Of a stretch of DNA of 64,000 nt, positions 14,298-29,484 are shown piece after piece. The position numbers were made by a program, and so were the translations under genes. Each line of letters starts with the position of its first letter. Position 1 is the stretch's first letter. Source of the stretch: Eledone cirrhosa (taxonomy: Eukaryota); the NCBI GenBank assembly GCA_964016885.1, contig OZ024745.1:58528001-58592000 (forward strand), read 5' to 3'. The notes beneath the pieces are model-generated. The model saw only the letters and a list, made by a program, of their open reading frames with translations, was not told the DNA's origin and searched no databases.

Positions 14298-17200
14298 TCA
14301 CTGAGCAGCAGATCCCAATAAAGTAATCTAAAAAGAATACTTCAAAAGCATTTTTCCCTATGGATACAGTCTTAGTTAAGCAACCAAAAGCTATATATAT
14401 AATAAGCTTATCCCTGGTTCAATCGGTGGTAACTACAGTAAGTAAGGTACTCAATATATAGCAGAGTATAAATATTTCATATAGAAATGGCTTCTACATG
14501 ACTAGAACTATTTCATTCGGAATATATATAGAATGTATCACCGTTTTACGTTCGTTCTTCCATGCTAGCATGGATTAGACTGGTTGTCCTGTTGTGGGCA
14601 GTGTCTGGTCGGCTGACCATGTCTTGCTCATACGGGAACTGATTCTGGCTTGATTTCTACAGCTGGATGCCCTTCCTAACACCAACCTCATTTACAGTGA
14701 GCGGTGGGTGCTTTCTTGCCGTGGCACCTCCACGACCACTTTATACAGTGGGGGCTGGGTGCTTTTTTGCCGTGGCACCTCCACGACCACTTTACAGTGG
14801 GGGCTGGGTGCTTTTTTGCCGTGGCACCTCCACGACCACTTTACAGTGGAATGATAGGGATCCCAGTCCCTATCATCTCATTTCTACAGCTGAGTAAACT
14901 GGAGCAATGTGAAATAAAGTGTCTTGCTCAAGGAAACAACACATCACCTGGTCTGAGAATTGAACTCACAACCTTTCGATTGCAAGGCCAATGCTCTAAC
15001 CACTAAGCCATGTGCTTCTAATATAGTATTGGAGTGTACAGATGGGAAGATAAAGTACTCAATATATACATATATAGTTAAATTAGAGAAGATTCTTGTC
15101 TTTGTCATCTGAATGACATAAATGAGAAACCAGGAGTAATGGCAAAGTGATTCATTAGCTTTAAACAAAAGATGTTTAGTTTTGTTGCTGATGAAGTCAA
15201 AATAATTGAAAGAAGTACTGAGATACTGACCTTCTGCAAGATCGAATATAATAATTTAACATCTTTTGTTACTGGCAAAGCTGGATCCAAGAAAAAATCA
15301 TGCAAAACAGGTTGAGGAAACAGACATAGACGCGATATCACAGATGTGACTTGAAGGTTCACAGCATAACTCTGAAAAAAAGAAAAGAAATGGTAAATGA
15401 CCACAATTCTATAGGGAAGATGTCGTTATCATTTTACATCCATTTTTCCAGGCTTGCATGGGTTGGACTATAGTTGGGTACCTGATAGTTATATTTATAG
15501 TGTCATTTCATTTTTAGTGTATTCCTATCCTTAAATGGTTAGAAAGCTTTTTAAAAATGTCTTGAGCTTTGAAACTCATAAGTGCAGAGCTTATCCTGGT
15601 TTTATGAGATATTAAGTAACTAAGAAGACAGGAACTGTCCCCATCCCTGGACAGGTTGCCAGTCTGTCACTGAGTTAACCCCTAGCTTTAAGTGGAACTC
15701 ATTTTTCTGCTGTGTGTATTGGATCAATACCAACATTAAGTGCCTTAATATAGGACATAATGCAGTGCCCTATTGGCAGATTCAACCTAAGACCTTTCAT
15801 TGTGATCCCAATACCCTTAACACTAGGTTGTTTGAAAGTACTGCTATAAAGAACTTATGGAACGCAGATGGGCTCTCTACCATCTGTGCGACTGAATCTC
15901 CCTTCAACAAGATAAATATTAAAGTGCTTGTTAACACGGATATGTCAGATTAACAATCAAGTCTAGCTTATATTAAAATCTTTTCAGAATATACATTTTT
16001 AAGCATTATATTTTATACATTTTGAGGCATAAGAAACTAAGTTTAATTGCAGCCTCAGAACAACCAGTGCTTTGTGAGTTTTTCTTATCGACTAATTGCA
16101 TAAACAATCTTAGTTAAACAAAGATTTTCAGTTTACTATGTTACATTTATGAAACCTATCCATATGGATTTACCATTTATACTTACAGAAAGATTTACTG
16201 AACTACACTGAATATTAACATAGTCAAAAATGAAAACCTATAGCCAAAAGATACAGTAAATTTTCTGTCTGTGAGAGGAATCCTTCAACAAGTTTTAAAT
16301 ATATTATGAAATGAAAGTGTCTATGATAACATGAGAATTTTACAAGGGTGATAAAAAAGAAAAAAGAAAAAGCTAGGTCAATTTAAAAAAAAGAACAAAC
16401 CTGATGCAGCATCTGAGAAAGTTTGGAAAATAGCATCTGAATAAAAGCACCTTCATAGAAGCTATTGTTAAATTCTGTACTGCTATCCATTTGATTGGGC
16501 CGTTTCCAGTCTTGGCACATATTTTCCATAGATTTAAACTGTTTGATTTGGAATAAAAAGAAAGAAAAAGTTAATTTGAAACCTTCAGTAACAAAAATAT
16601 TTAATAGATAAAGCACAAGCATAATCACACCCTGATTGCTCAACCTGCTGAAAATAGCAGCCAAATGTCCCTTATTCAAATTACACTCTATTGTTTTGAA
16701 AAAGAAAAGAACATTATGGATAAAGCTATTATAAATACACTATATCTGGACAAAACAACAGGATAGTTGTGACTAGAGCACCTTTGATCATAGGACTTCT
16801 TATGTGGTGTTGACTTGCAGCATTTCTAAAATATAAGCTAATATAAATCTGACAATCTTGCAGTATGTTTCCAAAAATACTGCCATTGGAAGTTATAAAA
16901 ACAGACAAAGCTTCAATAATTGTGATATTATATTTGTGTTGCATAGTGTTTATGAAAAATACATTTAATTCTCAATAGCTAAGTTCATCCCAAATGTAAA
17001 TAAGAACTATGGGAAGGTAAAACTCAATATATTAGGTAGAGGGTGGTGTATTGTAAGATTGATGTATTGTATGATTGATGTATAACTTATAGTTTTGAAT
17101 TCAAGAATGTATTGAAAAGAATATAGACAGTCCTAACTCTGAAATCAACATGTGTACTATTAAAGGAAAGTTTGTAGAATATTGAGTTTGACTGCCTAGA

Positions 17201-20200
17201 GTGAAAACTGTAACATTTGGGTACAGGCCCTACAACTGAAAACAGAATCAATGAGAGAGTGGATGGGTGAGTAAGTGAATGAGAGAAGATAACAGAGAGA
17301 GAAGTCTTTGCTTTAATGCATATTTTGATATGTTGGCAAAATTAATGAGAATCTCACCTGTTTATGGGCATCCCGTAAGTACATATCATAACCACTATCA
17401 GCTTCAGGTAAAGCTGATTTAATATCTTCAGGTAAAAGGCACAAGAAACTACAAAGAAGAAGACCAATACAGACAGGTGATAAACTTTCATCTGATAGAT
17501 TGAAAAGTAGTAAATTACAATTTAGTAAAGTATTGTACATTTTTCAATGTACTATACATGCACCTTTGATGAGCTGTAGTGCATCTGAGCACTGTACACA
17601 ATTGTCATTATTATTACAATGCATATTGCTAAGTTATTAACCTTAGTGACATAGTTTAAACCTTTTTCATTTTCACACCAACATATGTACAATATTGTAC
17701 ATCCCATATACTTAGTGATTCTCTCCTAACTACTTTAGAAAGTATAGCAAAGTCTATGCTTCACTGAGGTCTAATAAGAGTTTCAGCAAGTACAGCAGTT
17801 AGCTTCCATACTAGCTGAAATAATTAAAATAATACTTAATAAGTGCTTGGGCCGCCCTGTAAGGTGGCTATGTTGGTGACATGATTAAAAAGTACCCAGT
17901 CCAACCTGCCAACTGGTTGTTTTGGTGCCACAATAAAAAGCACTCAAAATATAGGCAATGTTTTTCGGTAGCAATATGGTAACAAAATAGTTAAAACAAC
18001 ATAAAAATAATAATATACAAGAGAACAAAACCAGGGACGTTTATTTTGTTGTTTTAGTGAGACAAGAAATGTCAGCACCCATGACCTTATATGGGGGTCT
18101 CTGTGGCTCATAGACAGAAAAGGGGAATGAAACCATGATTTGTTCAAGAGAATGCAGTAGATATTATAAATACTTAAGCTGGCTATATGGTCAGAATGTT
18201 TGCAACAGAGAGGACTCCATTAAAATTATCCAAGGGCCAAGTAGAATGTTAAATTTTGCAACAGAGAGGACTCCATTAAAATTATCCAAGGGCCAAGTAG
18301 AATGTTAAATTAAGCAACAAATTAAATCTATGAAACAATTAAATTAAAAAAAAGGGATTCCCACCTGTTAATAACTTTATGAACTTCTGAGCGGTAATAT
18401 TTAATAGTCAACAATTCAGTGGCTTTGTTATCTTGAGACAGAAAAAGATTATCAGAATCATTCGTTTCTAAAACATCTGGTTGTTTTCGTGTGTTTTTAG
18501 CCACGGAAACACTATCTGTCACTGAATCAACATGTTTTTTATCAGTGTCTGAATCTACATGTTTTTTATCAGTGTCTGAATCACTTTGAAGCAAAACTGT
18601 TTGATCATCAAGTTGTGAATTCTGATTTCCTCCATCTTTGGAAACTGAATGTGAAGGTGATATATAGGAAGAATCATCACTGGAGATAGTTTGTACATCC
18701 ATAGCTTCTGCTAATCGTTCCATTTCAACACTGCTTGGAGGAGTATGACTCGAATCTTTAGTCTTCGAGTCATCTGATTCACTCATACTTTCTGATTTTC
18801 AGATTATAGGAAAAATAAAAAGATAAAAAAATATATAAATAAAATATTGGTTTATAACACAGACACAAAGCTTTATTCTTTTTTTTTCTGAGGAGAGGAA
18901 AGAACAGTTGATTATATCAATCCTAATACTTGTTTGGTAGTTTGTTTTATCAACCACAGAGACAAAATACAAAGTTGACCTTGGTGGAATTTGAATTCAG
19001 AATGTAAAAGGATGGAACTATATACAGTCAAGCATTTTATCTTTTTTTTCTATAAAAAACATTAACCCTTTAGCATTTACCTTACTCTATATTTTCTATT
19101 GTATTTTCACGGTAAAGGCTTTATCTCACATAATATTGAAGCTATGAGATGTTGATGTTATTTATTTTGAGAACAATACCTTAACATTGGTATGAGCAGC
19201 CGATTATGGCTGGTTTGAATGGGAAGAGGTGAGAGAATCCAGGCCGGATATGGCTGGTTTAAATGCTAAAGGGTTAAAGGGAAAAGACATTTAAAAATAT
19301 AACAATATCAAATAATACCACCGATTAACTGTATTATAAGGAACATGTATCAGCTAACTTATTTTTGCTGAATAACCATAGTTGACATGGGTTGACTAAT
19401 GGCACATAGGTAACTCATCAACACTTAGGATCAATCAATCAAAAGATATTAGAACTGTAGATTAAATGAGTTAATTTCATGCTAAAACTAGATTCAAGCA
19501 TGACTGGTTATATATGGGTAGGACTAGTTAATACAATATAACTCTACTTGTCTTAATCCTGTGAGGCCAGAGATTTTCGGGTATAACCTCGCCACTTCTT
19601 CCCATGACCTGCCTTTTTCACATGTGCCTTCTAGCAATCATTTGTATAACATATCCACACCATTTCTTATTTGATCTGTCATTTTCACATGTGCCTTCTA
19701 GCAATCATTTGCATCAGATATTCACACCATAGCTAGTGTCTCTCCTGAAGAAAATAAACAGCCTATATCTTTGGTCCAAAGCTGTATTTCTTTAAGTGAC
19801 TCGATCTCTGCTTTGCTAATAGATAACCTTTACACATTCAAAAGTCTATATACTCTGCTTATTCTACTCTGGTGGCTACATATTTTCCACACCATCCACC
19901 AAATATTTCATTTCCATTCAGCAACCACCATCTGCCTTGGGCATGTTTTATGCAGTTTGCCTTTTGTACAGATCGTGGAAATTCTTGCTCTCTATTCTAA
20001 TACTAGTCATAATATTTTCATTAGAAGCAACAGTAGCACTTTATGTATCATTTATGAGTCAATGGAGACATGACTTACTAGAAGTAGCAGCCATATCTAC
20101 CTCAAATCACACCTTACCATCTTAAAAAACGAAGGACACATTGAACAAAGCTGTCCTTGAAATAAAAATAAACAGGATGTCTGTTAATCACGGCTGATAT

Positions 20201-23200
20201 GGAGCATAACATCATCAAATAAAATACATATTTTCAAAGTAACAAAAGTGATCTACTGATTCTATGGAGTATCAGAGTGACATAAGAGTACTCCTACCTA
20301 TAGTTATGGAATCGCTGAAAACAGTGTCAGCCAAAGATGCAGGACACTTAGATTGTAAACTGTAGTGACAGGATACTCCTGACTGAATATGTGTCCCTCC
20401 TTCTAAGTTACGCAGCACTAAGTTGTAGACAATGAAGCTACAGTTCTTCTGTAGCAAAGTATCAAACAGCTTCAATGATATCAAAGAAATCTGGAAATAC
20501 AAAAAAAAAAAATAAATAAAAAAAAAATACTTAAGCAATTTTAAAATTGATTATTTAAATACTAATATCCTCTAATGATTTAAAATTAGGTTTGTTAATT
20601 CAAATGTCTCTAGTGTCTTTACTAGGTGACAGATTGTTGTAAAATCTTGCAAGATTAGTGTAAAGACTTTACTTTTTTTTAAATGATGCAGCCATAGTGT
20701 TGTTTTTTCTTTCTAATGAAGTTTGTTAAGAGTTAATAACACTATAACTAGACTGACAAAATAACAGTTTCTAAAATCAAAACAATTATAATGCTAGTTT
20801 TTTAATTTATTTCTAATATGTACAAAAACGTTTGTGTTCATTAAACATCATTTTTAAGTCCTCTTTTCCATGCTGGCATGGGTTGAATGAAACACTTTGA
20901 GGTAATTTTTCTAAGGCTAGATGCTCTTCCTAATACCAACCCATAAATTATATTGAAGTATGGTATATACTGCTCACGATCATCAAACTGCCAAGCTATA
21001 GGATTTATTGTCTATCTAGGATATAAACAAACATCAACACTTGCTTTAAGCTGTGTCAATATGAAGACATACATGGAGACACATCACACACATATAATAC
21101 ATATGACAGGCTTACTCACAAGGCATTGCTTGATTCTATGCTATAGCAGAAGACACTTTTTCTAGGTGTCACACTATGGGATTGAACACAAAACTATGTG
21201 ATTGTGAAACAAGCTTCTTAACTACACAACCATGCTTGCACCTTTAAATTAAGAAAAAATCCCGAAAAACATTATAACAAAAATATCTACTGGTACCTCT
21301 TCTGACAAGTGGTTACATCTTTCTATTAAACGTGTCTTCATCTTACAAGTACTCTCCTGGGACTTTTCAGGCTTTTTATCATCGCCCAAAATGAAACGCA
21401 CAAATTCTACAGAAATAAAAGACATACATTCAAAAACAGATTAGTTTTAGTTCAACTGGAAATAGATATTATAAAACTAACAAACATTTTAAAGATGTAG
21501 AGGGAATAAAATCTATCAAGATGTTGATATGCCTAAATTTTTAATATAAGTTATATTGTTGTTTAACCCTTTCATGACTGCATTTTTAATGACATGCAGT
21601 CTATTTTAATTAATTAATTGTTTCTACTTTTGGCACAAGGCCAGCAATTATCCCAGTGTATTACTGGTACTTTATTTTATCGACCCCGTAAGGATGAAAG
21701 GCAAAGTTAACCTCGGCGGGATTTGAACGCAATCCGTAAAAGGACGTAACTGTGCTGCAAAGCATGGCATCCGACCCTCTACCGATACTGCCAGGATTTT
21801 TAGGGATCTAGTGAAATTCTTAATTATTTCATTACTAAGATAGTATCTTAATGTAAGGTTCTTATGTAAAATTATGTTGGAAGATTTTAATTTAAATAGG
21901 AACCGTTTATTTCATAGAACCAGAGCTATTTTTTTTTGGGGGGGGGGGAGTCAAGACCTGAGAATATATCATCATCATCATCATCATCATCAGCGTTTAA
22001 CGTCCGTGTTCCACGCTTGCATGGGTTTGGACGGGGGTAGTCCCACTTGAGGCAAGAGTGATTGTCTTGCTCGCATAGGACTGTCTGGCAGGTTTTCTAC
22101 AGTTGGATGCCCTTCCTAACACCAACCACATTTACAGTGTGGGTCTGGGAGGTTTTTACCGTGTTGCCTACACGGCCACATTACAGCGTGGACTGTGTGT
22201 TTTTTGTCGTGACACCTACACGATCTCATTTGTTTCGGCCTCGATGGCGCGGCACCAACATAACTTTACATAGAACGGGGTGGTGTGGATCGGGTGGGGG
22301 TGGTGGGACGGGGTGTATTTGTTAGAGATGCCTACTGGCTGGAGTAGGTTTTACTATATATTTAGGTAAGGCGGGTCTTCTCTGTTACTGAGTACCGCCA
22401 AAGGTCTCGGTCCAGTGACATTGTCTTGGAGAGGTGTAAGTGTGTGATGTCGGAGTTTATCAGCTCGTCCCAGGTTTTTCTAGGTCTGCCTATTCCGTGA
22501 CTACCGTCTATCTTTATTGCCCTGCACTTTGTTATACAGCTATCGACTTTCATGCGCATCACGTGTCCATACCAACGTAGCCTTCTCTCGAGTAAACAAC
22601 ATCTGATCCCTCTTATCTCTAATTTATTCCTTAGTTCGTTTATGCTTTGCCGTTCACGTATATTACTGTTACACATCCAGCGGAGCATGCAAGCTTCGTT
22701 CCTCTCTAGTCTGCGTATATCCTCTGCACACAATGCCCAGGTCTCACTGCCATGCAGCATTGCTGTTCGTATGCAGGCATCGTACAACCTGCCTTTCATT
22801 TTTAGTGAGAACCCTTTAGCAGCTAATAGTGGTATAAGCTCTCTGAACTTTTTCCAACCAGTTCTGACTCTAGCTACAGTACTTTCAGAGCACCCTCCCC
22901 CACTGCTGATTTTATCGCCCAGGTAACGGAAGCTGTCCACTATTTCTATAGAACCCTCTGCGCAATTGAAAGAGCTAGTAGTTTGTGGGCACTTGCTGCT
23001 ACTTATTGCACCAGAGCACCGGCCACATGTAAAATCTATGTTCTTAGTTAGCCTACCTGTGATCCCACTACATCTTTTATGCACCCATACTTTGCATTTA
23101 GGACATAAAATGGAGTTTCTACCTACGCCTTTCCTACACACCGAGCACGACCATTTCCCAGAAGGGACCGCCGCCTTGTTTTCTTTCCTACAAACTAGTA

Positions 23201-24160
23201 CTTTGGTCTTAGCCAGGTTAATTTTAAGTCCTTTTGACTCTAGGCCGTGCTTCCATGTTTGGAATTTCTTCTCTAGCTCGGCCATTGATTCCGCTATGAG
23301 TGTCAGGTCGTCTGCGTATAGGAGTTCCCATGGGCAGCCTGTCTTGAACTCCTCTGTTATGGCCTGAAGGGCAATAATAAATAGTAGTGGACTGAGAACA
23401 GAGCCCTGATGGACGCCGACTTTTACGCTAAACTCTTCACTATATTCGTTGTTAATTCTAACCTTGCTGACTGTTTCTTTATACATGGCTTGTATAGCCC
23501 TCACAAGCCATTCGTCAACGCCTAGTTTTCTAAGAGCCCACCAGATAATGGAGCGGGGGACTCTGTCGAAGGCTTTCTCCAAGTCGACAAAAGCTAAGTA
23601 GAGGGGTTTACCTTTAGCTAGGTACTTCTCTTGTAGTTGTCGTACTATGAAAAGAGCGTCTGTGGTACTTTTGCCTGACACAAACCCGAACTGCATTTCA
23701 TCTAGGTCAATTCTCTCTCTGATTAGCTGCGCTATTACTCTTTCCGTGACCTTCATGACCTGGTCGATTAATTTAATGCCTCTATAGTTACTCCTATCTA
23801 GGGCGTCTCCTTTACCCTTATAACAGTTAACGATGATGCTGCTATGCCAGTCCTTCGGAACAACCCCGTTTTGTACGACTTGGTTAACTATGCGGGTGAC
23901 CATGGTGTGTCCCACCGTGCCAGATGCCTTCAGCATCTCAGCAACTATTTCCGAAGGCCCAGCCGCCTTACCAGTCTTCATATCCTTGATTGCCTTACTT
24001 ATTATACTCCCCTCGACTAACACTGCTGGTCCCTCTATTGGGTCGATATGGGGGAGACTGCCTTTCTCCCAATTATTCTCCTCATTTAGAAGCCTTTCAT
24101 AGTGACACTTCCAAGCTACCTTCTTATCAGCGTCGGTGATGGCAAGTGTGCCATCGTCGT

Positions 24161-24192
<32 letters not shown>

Positions 24193-26712
24193 ATATATAT
24201 ATTAATGATAATAATAATAATGAGGAGGATGTATTTACCAGACAGCAATATACTTGACACGACAGTCTTCAAGCACCGCCTAAGATAAGCTGTTGCTGCT
24301 ACAACGCCAGACTCACTCCTGCAAAGTAAAATACAAAACATTATTTTTAATGAGATAAAAACAAAGCTTATATAAATATATGCTATGTATTCAAGAATCA
24401 TAGAATAGGTACATTTATCATCCAAGCATGGATTTTTATAAACCCTCAAACTATTAAGTTATGCATTTTGTTTAAAACTGTCTTTGAATTTGAATTTTAT
24501 GTTTCAAAATCAGACTTTACTGAGGAAATCAGCAGTGTGGGTACCAGGGACACCAGAGGTCTCGATGGAGACCAGTGCAAATAGGAAGCAGTCAGTCAGG
24601 CCTCGGTATTTCAATGTACATCCACTTTCCATACTGGCAAGAGTTGGATGGGTTGTCACAGTCTAAGATCAGACAGAGAGAAGTGACCTGTTTCGCTTGT
24701 ACATTCCAAATTTGGCATGGTTTTCTACAGTTGGATGCCCTTCCTTAAGTCAACCACTGAGACTAAGAAAAAAATGAATAACATTTAGATCTCCTGTATA
24801 AGGAACAGCCTAACTGCATTTTAAACAAATAAATATAGTGAAAGAAACAACTGACATAAAATATTTGAATGGAAATGAAAGAAAATAGAATTACGTTTGC
24901 ATGATGGCTGGTTCAATGAATGCTGTGAGAAAGTTGTTGTAAATAAACCTAGCAAGAGCTCGTCCCACAGTAGGATTGGCAATAGTGATTAGTTGATCAC
25001 AGTAATCAAGCCAAGAAAGGAAAGATACAACACTGCGTTTACCAGGGAAGGTTTGTTTATTTTCAATCTCGGATATTCCATCTAACCTGCAAAATTATAA
25101 TAATTGAAATTAGAGAAACAAATGAAAAGTTATTAAAAACTTCCCTTCTCTAAGAAGAAGAAGAAGAAGGAGGAGAAGGAAGAGGAATCTTTTGGTCAGT
25201 ATTCCAGCCTCATAACTCAGCAAAAATTGCTTTCTTACATCAGCATAAGGACACAAATATATAGGAGAGGAGAGGGGTACACTTGATCAAATATACACTC
25301 AAATTCTTAGTGGAACTACTTTTGCATCAACTACAAAGGGTTGAAAAGTAAACTCAGCCAGTAGATTGTAAAAGGACGCAACTAGATATGGCAAAGTATT
25401 TTGTCAAGTTTTTTTAGTTTTAACAGATGGAAAGAAACCATAAATGTGTATGTAGAAATATAATGGTTGTATGAATGGATTAACACTAAAACCTGTTCAA
25501 ATTGAATGCATTGTATGGTTATGTAGTATTGTGTAGTAATTCTACTTGCCCCATTTCACAATGTTGTTGGGAATAGGTGCTATATTATTTGTAGAATATT
25601 ACCTTTGAATAGATTGTCCATCTATCCAAGAGAAAATTTACTCCTCATTTGCTTAACACTATCAGCTATAAACAAGAACTATCTTTATAGTCTACTGGAA
25701 AGATTTATATATCTGTACATAATGCAGCACATTTTTTATTATTTTTTTTAGAGGGGTGTGATTTGAAAGACATTTGGATGCTATTTCTAGTAACTACACC
25801 AGCTGTATAGAGGTTGCTTTTGTTTTTAAGCATAATTGCTATAACAGTTGGATGACCTTCTTTTAACCACTTAACTGCAAAGAAGTGGAACCTGTCCTTT
25901 GAGGAGCAAACTGAATAAATATTTAGAAGTGACCCACAGGTCCAGCACACCAGGGATACAATAAAAAAGGGTGCAGTAATAAAGTTTAAAGCTATGACCA
26001 TTTGATTCCAAGTTCAAATTTTCAGGCATGGTCAGCCGACCAGACACTGCCCACAACAGGACAACCCGTCTAACCCATGCTAGCATGGAAGAACGGACAT
26101 AAAACGGTGATGATGATGAGTTATATATAAAATATACAAACTACTTTACCCCCATTTTGCATAAACAGCATCAAGTTCATCCGGATTAATTGTTGCAGGT
26201 AAACGCTGATAGAGCTTAATGAGACGGTTGGTAAGATTGGCACAGAAGTCAGTGTTTTCTATGAGACAGGTAACAGCAGACTTTTCTGGAAGACTTGCAC
26301 ACAACATTAGACCTTCACAAGCTTTTACAGCAACTCTCCCATCCTGTTTGGAGGAATAAAATATATATCAAGATAAAGAGAATTGTCAAACATAACTTAC
26401 ATTTTTTTGGAGGGGGGGGGGGGTTATCTTTTTAGCTGTTATATATATATAAATTTGGTTGGCATTAGGAAAGGCATCCAGCCATAGAAACCAAGGCAAA
26501 AATCAATTCTGTGTGAGTAAATCAAGGTTCTCAAACTTGGATCTCTCACAACGGGTTAGCACATCCTACCCATGCTAGCATGGATAATGGATATTAAATG
26601 ATGATGATGATGATAATAATATATATATATACACACATATATGTATACATATATATATATGTATATCATGGCCTCAGCCAGATGGCTGGAACAGGTAAAA
26701 GAGTAAAAGAAC

Positions 26713-26744
<32 letters not shown>

Positions 26745-29448
26745 TACATGACGTGTAGGCGCCACAAAAAAAAAGCACCCAGCACTCACTGTAAATGAGG
26801 TTGGTGTTAGGAAGGGCATCCAGCTGTAGAAATCAAGCCAGAATCAGTTCCTGTATGAGCAAGACAAAGTCAGCCGACTGGACACTGCCCACAACAGGAC
26901 AACCCGTCTAACCCATGCTAGCGTGGAAGAACAGTCGTAAAACGGTGATGATGATGATATATATATATATATATATAATTTACAAATACTTTTATAAAAT
27001 GTTCGAAGTGAAATAATTTTGCTAGATTTGAATATTCTTTCATCCTATAAATGGTTCCAGTCATTGGACTGCAGCTACACCAGGGATGTAGATGATCATA
27101 TTGACTCCAGTAATTATTTCAGTCTGGTAACTATTTTATCAATTTGTATTTGCTAAACTGCAAAGTTATGAGACATAAAGAGATACAATACAAACACTCG
27201 TTTTTTTAGACTGACTTGTGTAAACATAAACACAAATACAGATGAACATACATACACGCACAAACACATCCACGTAATACAATTCTGGACAGTTTCCCTT
27301 CACCAAATTCCAGCCCCAATGTAACCCAAGGTTTCAGAAGAAGACTCTCCCAAGGTGCTCCACATTTCATCAAAACCAAAATCATATGCTTGCAAAGTAA
27401 TTTTCTTAATCACACATCCATAACCATTGTTGGAGCTATTACTATTAACTGTTTGCTCAAAGTTAGATGCTCTTCCTGCAGTAAATCATTCGACTGTGAG
27501 ATGAGAATGGCATAATTCCAAATTGTCTCAATAGCAGGACAAAGGCAATATGCCCAGTCTACCATACATCATAGAATGATCGAGTGTGTAATATGGTTCA
27601 ACACCAAATTTGCCATGGCAAATCAGGTGTGCTTGACCTGTGGGTCACTTCTAAATAGTCATTTAACCCTTTAACATTTACATTAGCCTATATTTACTAT
27701 TGTATTTTCATGGTAAACACTTTATCTCACATAATATTGGATTTACGAGATTTTGATATTTATTTTGAGAACAATACCTGAACAGCTGGTTACAGCCAGT
27801 ATGAACAGCTGGTTACAGCCAGTTTGAACAGAAAAAGGTAAGAAAATTCTGGTCAGATACAGCCGGTTTAAATAACTCTACACCTATGCCTGCCTAAGCA
27901 GAGCTGTTCAGGAACTACTAAAGAGCTACAAAATAGCAGTATATTACAGACCTTGAACCTTGAGTGTGTGGCCAGTAACTTAGTATCTTCCTCATGCAGC
28001 CACATTGCTCCTATCATCAGATATAGATAATATCTTGTTTATTATTTATTAAACACCGTCACATAGCACACGAGTGTAACTTTAGACTTGCATATGCCAT
28101 ATTCCTGGTAATAAATTATGTTAATACTTTCCTGCATATCAGTTAACCACCATTATACAATGCATGGTTGTCTGAAACAGATTTGCTAATCTTTTCTGAT
28201 AAAACAGGTCAGGTTCTAATCTATTCTAATAGAACAGGTCAGGTTTCTAATTTTTTCTGACAAAACAGGAAGAAGCTATTGAAAAAGATGTCGATCATTT
28301 CAAACCAAGAACAATATATAGTGAGCCAATGAAGGAGACTTACACAGTGGCTTGAATTGAAAGAAATAATGATGAAATCATTTTCAAATCACACTCTAAT
28401 ATCTTTTAAAAATTATATAATCCATTTGATCAGTTCTTGAAACAAGAGACTTAAAAGATAAACACAATAAAATTAAACTTTATGTGTCTTAGCTATTAGT
28501 TATGTTACAAAAATTATCCAACAATGACCTAGATGTTGACTTCCTATAATTTTATCCCTTTTCACGAACAGGGGAATTAATTAAAATGCAGGTATAATCA
28601 GTACAAGGTTTTATTCTTTCTCTAAATTTCATACAAATATTTTCATTGAAAAGAAAGTATTAAATCCTTTAACCAGTCAATATACTATTGGCAATGTACT
28701 CTTACGCGATGTACTGAGTACATTTACATAACAAAGTGCCCAATAAAAAAAGCTCATTAACAGGTATGACACATGTGAATACAGGTGTGTACATACAGAA
28801 AATAAATACATATTTCTGGTTTTCATATATAATTTGTGTTCAAATAACTTTTCTTTTTTAAACATCATAATTAATATTGTCAGGCAATATTTCTGACAGG
28901 AAATTGGCCAAAGCACCCTTTACATAATGGCACTTTACAAAAGGAACACATGAAAGATGTTTCTATCTAGTAACATTATAAACTTTTGTAATGCTTTGAT
29001 ATATGTTTATTTACTAATTATAATATATGCCTTGCACTATACTTAATTTTTTTATAACAGCATATTCCTCTATACCAGCATGTTTTAAACATTTTTAATG
29101 CTTTTAGCTGCTCCTAATTTAATTTTTTGCATTTATATGCTCATATTTTTCATATGCTTCTTCTACCTTTGCTATCTTCTCTTATATGAATGTTAATACT
29201 TATGCTTACTTCTCATATTGCGTATGCTCAAAATATTCTTTGACAAGCTTATTTATGTTTTAACCTTTACTATATACTCCGATGATTCCAGCCTTATGCT
29301 TGGATGCAACGATTGAAAGTAATTAAATGTTCTAAAACACTCTTTGATTATTATTTATAAAGTATTTCAACTCTATAATATACTTGTTATTTTACATTGA
29401 GCTATTCTCATACATGTAATTGGATAATATTTAATATTACCCACATTT

Positions 29449-29484
<36 letters not shown>

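Noticed and set aside
18198-18311. About 57-bp tandem duplication beside exon 12 (similar ones near 19615-19730, 27780-27830 and 62925-62968)
   Set aside because: Ordinary local duplications in non-coding DNA with no evidence of function.
22362-24449. 695-aa ORF as a standalone gene with its own start
   Set aside because: It is a composite of intron sequence, FHIP2 exon 9, a microsatellite and a truncated LINE. The predicted start is intronic.
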